This document shows, in pieces, positions 29,428 through 38,293 of a DNA stretch of 64,000 bases. The first letter of the stretch is position 1. Each line of letters opens with the position of its first letter. Both the position numbers and the translations under genes were made by a program. A model generated the notes under the pieces. The model was given only the letters and a program-made list of their open reading frames with translations. It made no database searches and was not told the origin of the DNA. Origin of the DNA: Bacillota bacterium (GTDB lineage Bacteria > Bacillota > Clostridia > Christensenellales > UMGS416); assembly GCA_023428265.1 (NCBI GenBank), contig JAEYYW010000013.1:1943-65942 (forward strand), in the 5' to 3' direction.

Positions 29428-29532
29428 TGTGGATAACATCGAGCCACAAACCGCCGCAAATCCGTGATTCTCCCGCATTTCGGCCGAATAACAGGATCTG
29501 GCTGTGGAATTGTGGATAAATTCTGTGGATAC
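29428..29532 (+). promoter_or_regulatory. DnaA-box cluster
   Basis: TGTGGATAA (29428-29436, 9/9 to the complement of TTATCCACA), TGTGGAATT (29503-29511, 6/9), TGTGGATAA (29511-29519, 9/9) and TGTGGATAC (29524-29532, 8/9). All are in the same orientation. Confidence 0.6.
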
Positions 29533-29536
29533 AATA

Positions 29537-29584
29537 GGCTGCTCCCGCAAAATGGCCGAAAGCGCGGGAGCAGCCTGTTTTTTC
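29537..29584 (+). terminator. Rho-independent terminator (usable from both convergent genes)
   Basis: GGCTGCTCCCGC (29537-29548) pairs with GCGGGAGCAGCC (29564-29575), followed by TGTTTTTTC. Confidence 0.75.
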
Positions 29585-29682
29585 ATATTGCTTGGTGAAT
29601 GGCCTGGTTTCGGCGCAGCGTTCACGATCCACAGGCTGGGAAACACCATCCACCAGCCAGTGCGCTAAAGAGATACATATTG

Positions 29683-31488
29683 TTAAACTGCTTGCATGAA
29701 ACGATACTGCGCCTCGCACAAATCGCGGTATGCTCCGTTCTTTTCCATCAGCTCGTCATGACTGCCGGCCTCAATGATCTTGCCCTGATCCACCACCATG
29801 ATGCAGTCCGCTTTGCGCACGGTGGAAAGGCGGTGAGCAATCACGAAGCTGGTGCGGCCTTCCAGCACTTTCTCCAGCGCCTGCTGGATGAGGATTTCGG
29901 TGTGGGTGTCGATGGAGGCAGTCGCTTCGTCCAGAATCAGAATTCTGGGGTTGGCCAGCAGAGCCCGCGCAAAGCTGATCAGTTGCTTCTGGCCGGTGGA
30001 AAGGCGGCTGCCGCGTTCCCGCACCTCGGTCTGATAGCCATTCTCCATCTGCATGATGAACTCATGGGCATGCACGGCCTTGGCCGCCTCAATCACTTCC
30101 TCATCGGTGGCGTCCAGCCGCCCATAGCGGATGTTGTCCATCAGTGTGCCGGAGAAAATGAACGAGTCCTGCAGCATAATGCCCATCTGCTTGCGCAGCG
30201 ATCTGAGATTCACATTGCGAATGTCGTGGCCGTCAATGAGCAGGCGGCCTTTGTTTACGTCGTAAAAACGGCTGATCAGGCTCACCACTGTGGATTTCCC
30301 CGCGCCGGTCGGGCCCACCAGCGCCACTGTGCGGCCGGGCTCCACGGTGAAGCTCACGTCATCCAGCACCACCTGGCCGGCCTCATAATCATAACCAAAG
30401 GTCACGTGGTCAAACTCCACCCGTCCTTGAATCTCCGGCATGTCCTCGCAGCCTTCCTGATCCTTGATGAGGGCGGGGGTGTCCATGATCTCGAAGATGC
30501 GTTCCAGCGAGGCCATCGCTGAGAGTATTTCATAGTAGATGTTTGAGATCTGGTTCAAAGGCTCCCAGAAGCGGCCCAAATACCAGACCATTGAAAACAG
30601 CGTGCCGATGGAGAGGGGATCCACCGGAGTGTTCATCCAGTGCACGCCGAACCAATATACAAGGCAGGTGCCGGCGGAGGCCACAAGCTCAAAGCCCGGC
30701 CAGAAGATCGATCCGACAAAGATCGCCTTCATCCAGGTGCGGCGGATCTCGCCGTTGGCCTGCCGGAAGATGCGGCTGTTTTCCTCCTCACGGGTGAAGG
30801 CCTGGGTCACGCGCATGCCGGCAAGGCTCTCGTGCAGATAGGCATTGAGCGAGCTGGACTTCCAGCGCACCTCACGCCAGGCCTTGCGGATTTTGGGCTT
30901 CAGCACAAACACGATCACGATCAGCAGCGGCAGCACGGAGAAGGCTATCAACGCCAGCTTCCAGTTCAGCGCGAGCATCAGGCCTGCAATCACGAGGATG
31001 GAGAGTGCGTTTGTGAGCATGTTGACGATGCCCTGAGAAAACAGCGACAGCAATGAGTCGATGTCGTTGATCACGCGGATCATGATTTTCCCGGCCGGTC
31101 TGGAGTCGAAGAAATCGAGCCCGAGAGACTGGATGTGCCGGAACAAATCTTCACGCATCTGGGCCAGCGCCTTGCGGCCGGTCACGTTCATCATGCGCAC
31201 CTTGGCCCGCAGCATCACCGCACCCAGGCAGGATGCGCCCGCAAGCCCCGCCACAATCCAGGGCAGAATGGAGTAATCCCCACCGGTCACGCAGCGGTCC
31301 AGCGCCAGGCCAATGAGCCAGGGGCCTGTGAGGCTGCAAAGCATGTTGATGACCATCGCCACAATTGAGAGGGCCACCTTGCCCCGATAGGGCTTGAGAT
31401 ATGCCAGTGCGCGCATGAGATAGCCCTTGTTGAAGCCGCTGATGTATTTCTCATCTTCCAGCAGCAGCGCACGCCTTGCCCTTGCCAT
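29683..31488 (-). CDS. ABC exporter, fused permease/ATPase (type I, heterodimer partner 2)
   Basis: Six-TM N-domain, GPTGAGKST, LSTGQKQLISFARAL and ILILDEATA. The ATG at 31488 overlaps the upstream stop by 1 nt. Confidence 0.9.
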   Translation of the reverse strand: MARARRALLLEDEKYISGFNKGYLMRALAYLKPYRGKVALSIVAMVINMLCSLTGPWLIGLALDRCVTGGDYSILPWIVAGLAGASCLGAVMLRAKVRMMNVTGRKALAQMREDLFRHIQSLGLDFFDSRPAGKIMIRVINDIDSLLSLFSQGIVNMLTNALSILVIAGLMLALNWKLALIAFSVLPLLIVIVFVLKPKIRKAWREVRWKSSSLNAYLHESLAGMRVTQAFTREEENSRIFRQANGEIRRTWMKAIFVGSIFWPGFELVASAGTCLVYWFGVHWMNTPVDPLSIGTLFSMVWYLGRFWEPLNQISNIYYEILSAMASLERIFEIMDTPALIKDQEGCEDMPEIQGRVEFDHVTFGYDYEAGQVVLDDVSFTVEPGRTVALVGPTGAGKSTVVSLISRFYDVNKGRLLIDGHDIRNVNLRSLRKQMGIMLQDSFIFSGTLMDNIRYGRLDATDEEVIEAAKAVHAHEFIMQMENGYQTEVRERGSRLSTGQKQLISFARALLANPRILILDEATASIDTHTEILIQQALEKVLEGRTSFVIAHRLSTVRKADCIMVVDQGKIIEAGSHDELMEKNGAYRDLCEAQYRFMQAV

Positions 31489-33242
31489 CAGCAAACCACC
31501 AGCCTTTCACCGCCAACATTGGTATAGTCCCTGTATTGGTCCATGAAAATGTTATAATAGAGGCCCCTTTTTTTCAGGAGTTCCGCGTGAGTGCCGCGCT
31601 CGGCAATGGAGCCGCCATCCAGCACGATGATCTCGTCGGCATCCTTCACCGCGGAGATGCGGTGAGACACAACGAAGGTGGTGCGGTTTTCCGCCTCTTT
31701 TTTTAGTGCCTGCTGGATCTCGTATTCTGTTTCCATGTCCACCGCAGAAGTGGCGTCGTCAAAGATCAGGATCGAGGGGTTGTAGCACAGCGCCCGCGCG
31801 ATGGCGGCCCGCTGCTTTTGGCCACCGGAGAGGCCCATGCCGCGCTCGCCCACAATCGTGCCATAACCGTCGTCCAGCTTGGCGATGTATTCAGAGGCGC
31901 AGGCGGCGCATGCAGCCATATCCAGCTCCTCGGGTGTGACGTCCGGATTGCCGAAAGCGATGTTGTTTTCCAGCGTCTCGCTGAAGAGGAAAGTCTCCTG
32001 CATCACAAACCCGATCCGGCGGCGCAGCTCCCGCAGCTTGTAGTCGCGCACATCGATGCCGTCCACCGTCACCGAACCGGAGCTCACGTCATAATACCGG
32101 CCGATCAGGTTGACGATGGAGGTCTTGCCGGCGCCAGTGGTGCCCATGATTGCAAGCGTCTGGCCAGGCTTCACCTCAAAATTGATATTGTTCAGAACTG
32201 TTTCGTCCTCATAACGCAGTGTCACGTTTTCAAACTTCACATGGCCCCTGAACTCCTCAGGGAACCGGGCGCCCGGCTTTTCTTTGATTTCAGAGCCAAA
32301 GTCGCTGTAATAAAACAGCCGGTCGCCGGATGATATGGCCTGAGTCACCATGTTAATCGTGTTTGCCAGGTTCCTCATCGGCATCATGATCATCCAGATA
32401 TAGCCGATGGCAGCCACCAGGTCGCCGGGGCTGATTGCCCCGCCCATGGCAAGATAACCGCCGGCCAGCACAAGCAGCGCCGATGGAAGGGCGCCCACGA
32501 AATCCAGCATTGAGTGGAAGTCTGCGTTGGTGCGGGTGATGTCTATGCCGATTTCCAGATGCTTGTTGTTGAGCTCGCGGAAGGATTCAATCTCATACTC
32601 TTCGCGTGCGTAAGCCTTGACTACGCGCACGCCTGAAATGTTTTCCTGGGTGCGTGTGTTCAGCAATGCGTTTTGCTCCCGGATCCTGGTCTGCTGGGGC
32701 CGGGCGACCTGGTCGTATTTCTTTGTGAGCCAGGCCACAATCGGCGTCACCGAGAGGATCACCAGCGCCAGCCGCCAGTCCAGCAGAAATACTGCCACGA
32801 TCGAGCCCACAAACATCACCGAGTGCTCCAGAATGATCGGCAAGCCGCCGGCCAGCAAGGCCCGCACCGCTTCCATATCACCGGTCATGCGGCTCATGAT
32901 CTCGCCGATCCGGTGGTTGTCATAGAAGCGCCAGGGCATACTGTGCAGGTGATCATAAAGGCTCTGGCGGAAGTCAAAGACCACGTTCTGCGAAATTCTT
33001 TCGTGCGTGAGACCGCGGACAAAGATCATAATCGCCCGGAGGAACGCAAGACCGATCATCAAGATCAGCACAACTGCCAGGTGCTGCAGTTTGCCGCCTT
33101 CGATCACGTCATCCACCAGGTATTTTGATACCATGGGCATTATGACAGCAGTGCCGACAAATCCTAGTGTCATTGACATGCCAAGGATAAACTTGCCGCG
33201 ATAAGGTTTGATCAAGTGCAGGATGCGTTTAAAACTGTTCAA
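31488..33242 (-). CDS. ABC exporter, fused permease/ATPase (type I, heterodimer partner 1)
   Basis: GTTGAGKTS, LSGGQKQRAAIARAL and ILIFDDATS. TTG start with GGGAG 8 nt upstream. Confidence 0.9.
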   Translation of the reverse strand: MNSFKRILHLIKPYRGKFILGMSMTLGFVGTAVIMPMVSKYLVDDVIEGGKLQHLAVVLILMIGLAFLRAIMIFVRGLTHERISQNVVFDFRQSLYDHLHSMPWRFYDNHRIGEIMSRMTGDMEAVRALLAGGLPIILEHSVMFVGSIVAVFLLDWRLALVILSVTPIVAWLTKKYDQVARPQQTRIREQNALLNTRTQENISGVRVVKAYAREEYEIESFRELNNKHLEIGIDITRTNADFHSMLDFVGALPSALLVLAGGYLAMGGAISPGDLVAAIGYIWMIMMPMRNLANTINMVTQAISSGDRLFYYSDFGSEIKEKPGARFPEEFRGHVKFENVTLRYEDETVLNNINFEVKPGQTLAIMGTTGAGKTSIVNLIGRYYDVSSGSVTVDGIDVRDYKLRELRRRIGFVMQETFLFSETLENNIAFGNPDVTPEELDMAACAACASEYIAKLDDGYGTIVGERGMGLSGGQKQRAAIARALCYNPSILIFDDATSAVDMETEYEIQQALKKEAENRTTFVVSHRISAVKDADEIIVLDGGSIAERGTHAELLKKRGLYYNIFMDQYRDYTNVGGERLVVC

Positions 33243-33419
33243 GTGGCATACTCCCGCAATGGCTGTTTCTCATAGGGCCACTGCATTTGTGATGTCGCTG
33301 CCGGGCAGGCAACGCGCTTTATATGTTGTAACGTTGCTTATTCTAACCATTCCCGGGGCATTCTGCAATGAATGGCGGCTCAATAATTTATTAGAATACT
33401 AACTTTGTGGGGAATACCA

Positions 33420-34583
33420 ATGATCGAGAATAACAGCCAGCGAATATGCACAAAAATGTCGGTGTACTACGCTATCTTCGCGGCTGGTATGAGCGCCTAC
33501 GTCTCTTTTGTGACGCTGTGGCAAAAAACCATTGGTTACACGGAGATGCAAATCGGCGCGTTGTCCGCCGCAAGCGCATTTGTTGCAATTCTGCTGCAGC
33601 CTGTATTGTCGCTAGGCGCTGACCGTGCCCGCAGCAAAAACACCGTGCTGCGCATTCTTTTGCTTGTGCAGGCGATCTCTGCGTTCCTGCACTGGATTCC
33701 GGGCCCATGGGTTTATGTTCTTGTCGTAATGTCCGCACTCACCTCTGCCCAGAGCGCCGCTTTGGGGCTTTCCAACGCCGTCATTCTGGATGAGCTGCGC
33801 CGGAAGGATATGCCGGAACGATATGGGGGCATCCGCATCAGCTTTTCCTGGGGCTTTGCCGCGGCAGGCCTGGCCGCGGGCGTGGTGGCATCCCGCAACA
33901 CAAGCAATGTGTTTCTGCTGTGCGGCGCGATCAACCTTCTGGCACTGGCTGCGAGCTTTCTGTTGCCCGGTGTTCCCGGCTTTCAAAGCAAGGGCCATCG
34001 CGTGGATGCCCGCCGTCTGCTGGAGTATAAGGAGTTCAGGCTGCTTCTGATCTACAGCCTGTTGGTTCACATTACGCACAGCCTGGCAATAGCTTTTTTG
34101 CCCATCTATTTCCGGGCGCTGAATGCTCCCGGGTGGGTTTATGGCATTGGCATTTTTATCATGGCCGCCGCGGAAACACCGTTTCTCGCGGTCAGCGGCA
34201 GGCTTCTGCGCAAAGTCTCCATCCGCAAGCTGATGATCCTCCCCGGCCTGGCCTTTGCTTTGCGGTGGTTTCTCACGGCCTTCGCGGTCCGATGGTGGCA
34301 ATTGCTTGCATTGTATGCACTGCATGGGCTGGGCGTCATCGTGATATATGTGGCAATGGCACGATATGTCAATGACAAGCTCCCCAAAGAGCTGTCCGCA
34401 ACAGGGCAGGGGGTTGTGAATGCGGTGGTGATCAGCGCGTCACGGGTTGCCGGCGCTCTGCTTGGCGGCTTTCTCGTCACGCTGATCGGGATGCGAGCCA
34501 CGTTTCTGGCAATGGGGTGGCTCACATTGACCGCCGCGGCGGGGTTGATTGTTTTCAACAGGATACGGCCCAAAGACGGATGA
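33420..34583 (+). CDS. MFS transporter
   Basis: About 12 TM segments and a GADRARSKN loop after TM2. First ATG at 33420 (track ORF from TTG 33405). Confidence 0.8.
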   Translation: MIENNSQRICTKMSVYYAIFAAGMSAYVSFVTLWQKTIGYTEMQIGALSAASAFVAILLQPVLSLGADRARSKNTVLRILLLVQAISAFLHWIPGPWVYVLVVMSALTSAQSAALGLSNAVILDELRRKDMPERYGGIRISFSWGFAAAGLAAGVVASRNTSNVFLLCGAINLLALAASFLLPGVPGFQSKGHRVDARRLLEYKEFRLLLIYSLLVHITHSLAIAFLPIYFRALNAPGWVYGIGIFIMAAAETPFLAVSGRLLRKVSIRKLMILPGLAFALRWFLTAFAVRWWQLLALYALHGLGVIVIYVAMARYVNDKLPKELSATGQGVVNAVVISASRVAGALLGGFLVTLIGMRATFLAMGWLTLTAAAGLIVFNRIRPKDG

Positions 34584-34605
34584 GGTAAGTCTGCCTTTGG
34601 TCCGG

Positions 34606-35838
34606 CTAAATGGAGTGGGTTGCATTGACCAGTTCATGATACCATTTCAGGGATTCATAGTATGCCGCCGCAACCTGACCAAGAGTCAGCCCCAGTTTGG
34701 CAGACATTTGGCTGGCTTCCTGCCATTTACCCTGCTCATAACTCTGGACCAGCTGCAATGTCTGCGCCATGGGTGTGTCCCATGCAACACCGGTGAGGAT
34801 TGCGTTGATCTCCTCATCTAGATTCATCGAGGGGAGCAATTGCTCAAACGGGCAGCCGGTGAGGGCGTCCAGAAGTGAAAACAGCCCCAGCAGCGAGTAG
34901 TGAGAGCTCTTATCCGTTTGCGCGTTCAGCGGCCCCAGCAACTCCATAAACTTGGCCCGGATGATGGAGGTTGAAACAAGGGCCTCGGGCTTCCCGATGC
35001 TCAAGCGGCGGAGCGAGGCCAGATAAATCCATTTCCGAATGCCCTCCAGCCCCAACACCATGACTGCCTGATGCAACGAAGAGATCCTCTGCCGGCGGCC
35101 ATAATAAGCGGAGTTGGACAGCTTGATTGTCTCCATCGAAAGCTTGACATCGCACTCAATGGCCGAGACAATTGCGCGGATATCAGGATCGGCGCTGTTG
35201 ACAGCCTGCATCAGCCGGATATAGCCAAGCTTTCCTGCCACCATTGTCTTTGTCTTCATGATGACGGGGCAAGCAAAGAAGTAACCTTGAAAAAGGCTGT
35301 AGCCCAGGTCTTTTGCGCGATGAAACTCTTCCTCGGTTTCGATCTTCTCCGCGAGAAACTCAATTCCCTTGTGGCGGTTCATCTGGATGGCCCTATATTG
35401 GTCATCCGCAGAGAGCTGGCGGAAATCAACCTTGATGATGTCTGCCAGATTTGTCATCGGTTCAAAGATGGGGTCAAGCACATAATCATCCAGGGCAAGC
35501 CGGTATCCATCTCTCTTTAGCTGCTGGCAGGTGTTCAGTATATCTCTGGTGGGTGCCACATTCTCCATAATCTCAATGACAAGCTGGTCCTGCGGCAAAA
35601 GGTTGGCGACACCGCTTTTTAAAAGGTCGGCAGTGAAGTTGATAAACGCCAGTTTTCCGTTGGTCAGCGAATCAAGCCCCATTGTCAGAAAGGCTGAAGT
35701 GATCACCCTGGAGGTTGCCAACTCCCCATCGGGTGTGCTGTATTCATTATACTTTTCAGATTCCCTGTGCAGCAGCTCGTAGCCGACCACAGCCTTGTTC
35801 CGGTCAAATATGGGCTGCCGCGCAACATACAATTCCAT
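34606..35838 (-). CDS. EAL-domain c-di-GMP phosphodiesterase fused to an HDOD domain
   Basis: ARQPIF, GYELLHRE (ELL variant of EAL), FINF, VIEIMEN, LALDDY, IIKVD, LAEKIETEEE and FQGYFFACP. The C-terminal region is HDOD-like. An alternative TTG start lies at 35868. Confidence 0.85.
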   Translation of the reverse strand: MELYVARQPIFDRNKAVVGYELLHRESEKYNEYSTPDGELATSRVITSAFLTMGLDSLTNGKLAFINFTADLLKSGVANLLPQDQLVIEIMENVAPTRDILNTCQQLKRDGYRLALDDYVLDPIFEPMTNLADIIKVDFRQLSADDQYRAIQMNRHKGIEFLAEKIETEEEFHRAKDLGYSLFQGYFFACPVIMKTKTMVAGKLGYIRLMQAVNSADPDIRAIVSAIECDVKLSMETIKLSNSAYYGRRQRISSLHQAVMVLGLEGIRKWIYLASLRRLSIGKPEALVSTSIIRAKFMELLGPLNAQTDKSSHYSLLGLFSLLDALTGCPFEQLLPSMNLDEEINAILTGVAWDTPMAQTLQLVQSYEQGKWQEASQMSAKLGLTLGQVAAAYYESLKWYHELVNATHSI

Positions 35839-35911
35839 CTCATTGCCGCCTTGATGCTCGATACTCAATGATGCTCCTGCTTGATTGATACCCATCTGCT
35901 CTGTTTCTGTA

Positions 35912-35945
35912 ACATAAAATGCCTCTCCCTCCGCGGGAGAGGCAT
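35912..35945 (-). terminator. Rho-independent terminator after the alpha-oxoamine synthase gene
   Basis: On the minus strand: ATGCCTCTCC-CGCGGAG-GGAGAGGCAT followed by TTTTATGTT. Confidence 0.7.
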
Positions 35946-35961
35946 AATGATCACGTCATGC

Positions 35962-37137
35962 TCAAACCCTGGAGAAAACCCTCTTGAATGCCTCCACAGC
36001 AGTGTCCATCTGCTCGGTGGTGTGGGTGGCGGTGTAGCTGGTGCGCAGCATGCACTGGCCTTCCTGCACGGCCGGCGGAATCACCGGGTTCACATAGACG
36101 CCCTCTTCAAAAAGCATCTTCGTGATCAGGAACGTGCGTTGCATGTTGTAAGTATAAACCGGGATGATTGCGGAGTCGCCGTCGATGATGGGGATGCCGG
36201 CTTCTTTCAGCTTGCCGCGCATGTAGTTTGCGATGTCGATCAGTGCCTTTTGGCGCTGCGGCTCGCTGCGGATGATGCGCAAGGCTTCCAGCGCGGCGGC
36301 GGCGTTGGCCGGGGGGATGGACGCGCTGAAGATGAACGGGCGGGATTTGTGCTTCACATAATGGATCACCGGTTCCGATGCCGCGATGCAACCGCCCAGC
36401 GAAGCGAGACTCTTGGAGAATGTGGTCATGATAATGTCCACCTCATCCTCAAGGCCGAAGTGGGAGGCGGTGCCCCTTCCGCAGTCGCCCACCATGCCCA
36501 CGCCATGGGCGTCATCCACCATCAGGCGGGCGTTGTACTTTTTCTTCAGTTCCACAATGGCCGGAAGATTTGCTAAATCTCCGCTCATGCTGAAAACACC
36601 GTCGGTCACGATCAGTTTGCCGGCTTCCGCAGGCAGCCGCGCCAGTGTTTCCTCAAGATCCTGCATATCATTGTGGCGATACTTCACCGAGCGCTTGGCA
36701 AAGCTCAGCTTGCACGCATCCACAATGCTGGCGTGGTTTTCCTCATCGTTGATGATGTAGTCGTGCCAGCCGACGATGGAGGAGATGATGCCGAGATTGG
36801 TCTGAAAGCCAGTGCTGTAGGTCAGGGCTGCATCTTTGTGAAAGAAGTCTGCCAGCTCCGTTTCCAGTTGCTCGTGAAGCACCAGTGTGCCGTTGAGGAA
36901 GCGGGAACCGGAGCAGCCTGTGCCATATTGGTCCAGGGCGGCTTTGGCGGCGTTGACCGTTCTTGGATCAGATGTGAGGCCCATATAGTTGTTTGACCCG
37001 ATCATGATGATCCGGCGGCCATCAATGGTGACCTCTGTGTCCTGTGCGGTTTGCAGCGCGTGGAAATAGGGATAGAGCCCTGACTTCATGGCTTCCTTTG
37101 CGTCTGTGAATTTGTAGCACCTTTCGAAAATGTCCAT
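35962..37137 (-). CDS. PLP-dependent alpha-oxoamine synthase, serine-palmitoyltransferase-like (could alternatively be Kbl/BioF-type)
   Basis: GLYPYF, GSNNYMGLT, GTGCSGSRFLNGT, DDAHGVG, TFSKSLASLGG (PLP-Lys) and RPFIFSASIPP. AGGAGG RBS. Confidence 0.85.
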   Translation of the reverse strand: MDIFERCYKFTDAKEAMKSGLYPYFHALQTAQDTEVTIDGRRIIMIGSNNYMGLTSDPRTVNAAKAALDQYGTGCSGSRFLNGTLVLHEQLETELADFFHKDAALTYSTGFQTNLGIISSIVGWHDYIINDEENHASIVDACKLSFAKRSVKYRHNDMQDLEETLARLPAEAGKLIVTDGVFSMSGDLANLPAIVELKKKYNARLMVDDAHGVGMVGDCGRGTASHFGLEDEVDIIMTTFSKSLASLGGCIAASEPVIHYVKHKSRPFIFSASIPPANAAAALEALRIIRSEPQRQKALIDIANYMRGKLKEAGIPIIDGDSAIIPVYTYNMQRTFLITKMLFEEGVYVNPVIPPAVQEGQCMLRTSYTATHTTEQMDTAVEAFKRVFSRV

Positions 37138-37352
37138 GGGTTGCCTCCTGATAAATGATCAATGATTGCATTGTTGAGCAATTATATCATATTTTCCACC
37201 GTTCGGTCATTCAATGCTGTTTTTTTGCGATTTATATTGGGTTATCAATGTGTGATGGAGCCGCTGTCTTGCATTTGTATTTCAAAGGCGCTATGATTCA
37301 TCGAAAAGCTTATTGGGATCGTTGCACTGCCAGAGGAAGCGGAGGGGTTACG

Positions 37353-38198
37353 ATGGGCAAGGTTGTGTTGGTATCCGGGGCATCCTCGGGGTTGGGTCTG
37401 GCCACTGCGAACTATTTGTATGAGAAAGGCTGCATTGTATATGCCGGCGCCCGCTCCTATCGGGAGGAATCGGTGGAACACGGTGCGGGGGAGCTGCACA
37501 AGGTCTACTTGGATGTGTCCAGCGAAGACAGCGCCGCATTCCTGATGGAGAAGGTAATCCGTGAACAGGGCAGGATCGACGCTCTTGTCAATTGCGCCGC
37601 TGTTATCACGTTGGGATCCGTGGAGGATCTGTCCATGGAAGAATACCGTGAAGTAATCGATACCAACCTCTTCGGCACAATCCGGATGTGCAAACAAGCG
37701 CTCCCGCACATGCGCGCACAGGAGAGCGGTTTGATGATCAACTTCAGCTCCGGCGGCGGCATCATCGGCATCCCGTTTCAAAGCGCCTACTGCGGTTCGA
37801 AATTTGCGGTTGAGGGCTTTTCCGAGGTGCTGCGCTGGGAAGTCAAGAACCGGGGGATCCATGTGGTAGTGGTGGAACCGGGTGATTGCAGGTCCGGATC
37901 ACAGAACTATCGCCGTCGCGCTGCGAGAGCCCTCTCGCCGGACTCGGCATATGCAGATGACTTCAAGACTGTCACAGAAAAGATTGACCACGATGAAGCC
38001 AACGGCGCCGACCCCATCATGGTGGCCAAAACGGTGTACAAAATCCTGATGAGCCGCAAACCCAAAATCCGGTACAACGTGTTTCGTGCCGCTGAGAAAA
38101 TGCTTCCGTTCAAAATGATCATGCCGACGTGGTTCATTGAAACAGTTTTCTTCGGCTACTACAATTTGCAAAAGAAAGACAAGACGAAGAAATGCTAG
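37353..38198 (+). CDS. Classical short-chain dehydrogenase/reductase (SDR)
   Basis: The internal ATG at 37353 follows GGAAGCGGAGGGG. Motifs are VSGASSGLG (TGxxxGxG), NCAA and YCGSK (YxxxK). Confidence 0.85.
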   Translation: MGKVVLVSGASSGLGLATANYLYEKGCIVYAGARSYREESVEHGAGELHKVYLDVSSEDSAAFLMEKVIREQGRIDALVNCAAVITLGSVEDLSMEEYREVIDTNLFGTIRMCKQALPHMRAQESGLMINFSSGGGIIGIPFQSAYCGSKFAVEGFSEVLRWEVKNRGIHVVVVEPGDCRSGSQNYRRRAARALSPDSAYADDFKTVTEKIDHDEANGADPIMVAKTVYKILMSRKPKIRYNVFRAAEKMLPFKMIMPTWFIETVFFGYYNLQKKDKTKKC

Positions 38199-38219
38199 CC
38201 CCATCGGCTTATCTGTAGA

Positions 38220-38248
38220 TTGAGTTATTTAGTTAGATAGCTTATAAT
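38220..38248 (+). promoter_or_regulatory. Sigma-A-type promoter of the MacB-type transporter operon
   Basis: TTGAGT (38220-38225), a 17-nt spacer, then TATAAT (38243-38248). Confidence 0.55.
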
Positions 38249-38293
38249 CAAGAAATACATTGCCTGCAACCATTTTGAAAGGGGATTCCAAGT

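Noticed and set aside
29428-29633. Reading the DnaA-box cluster as the chromosomal origin (oriC).
   Set aside because: There are no dnaA, dnaN, rpmH or gyrB neighbours and no AT-rich unwinding element next to the boxes. The site is between convergent genes with a terminator. It is kept as a non-origin DnaA-box cluster instead.
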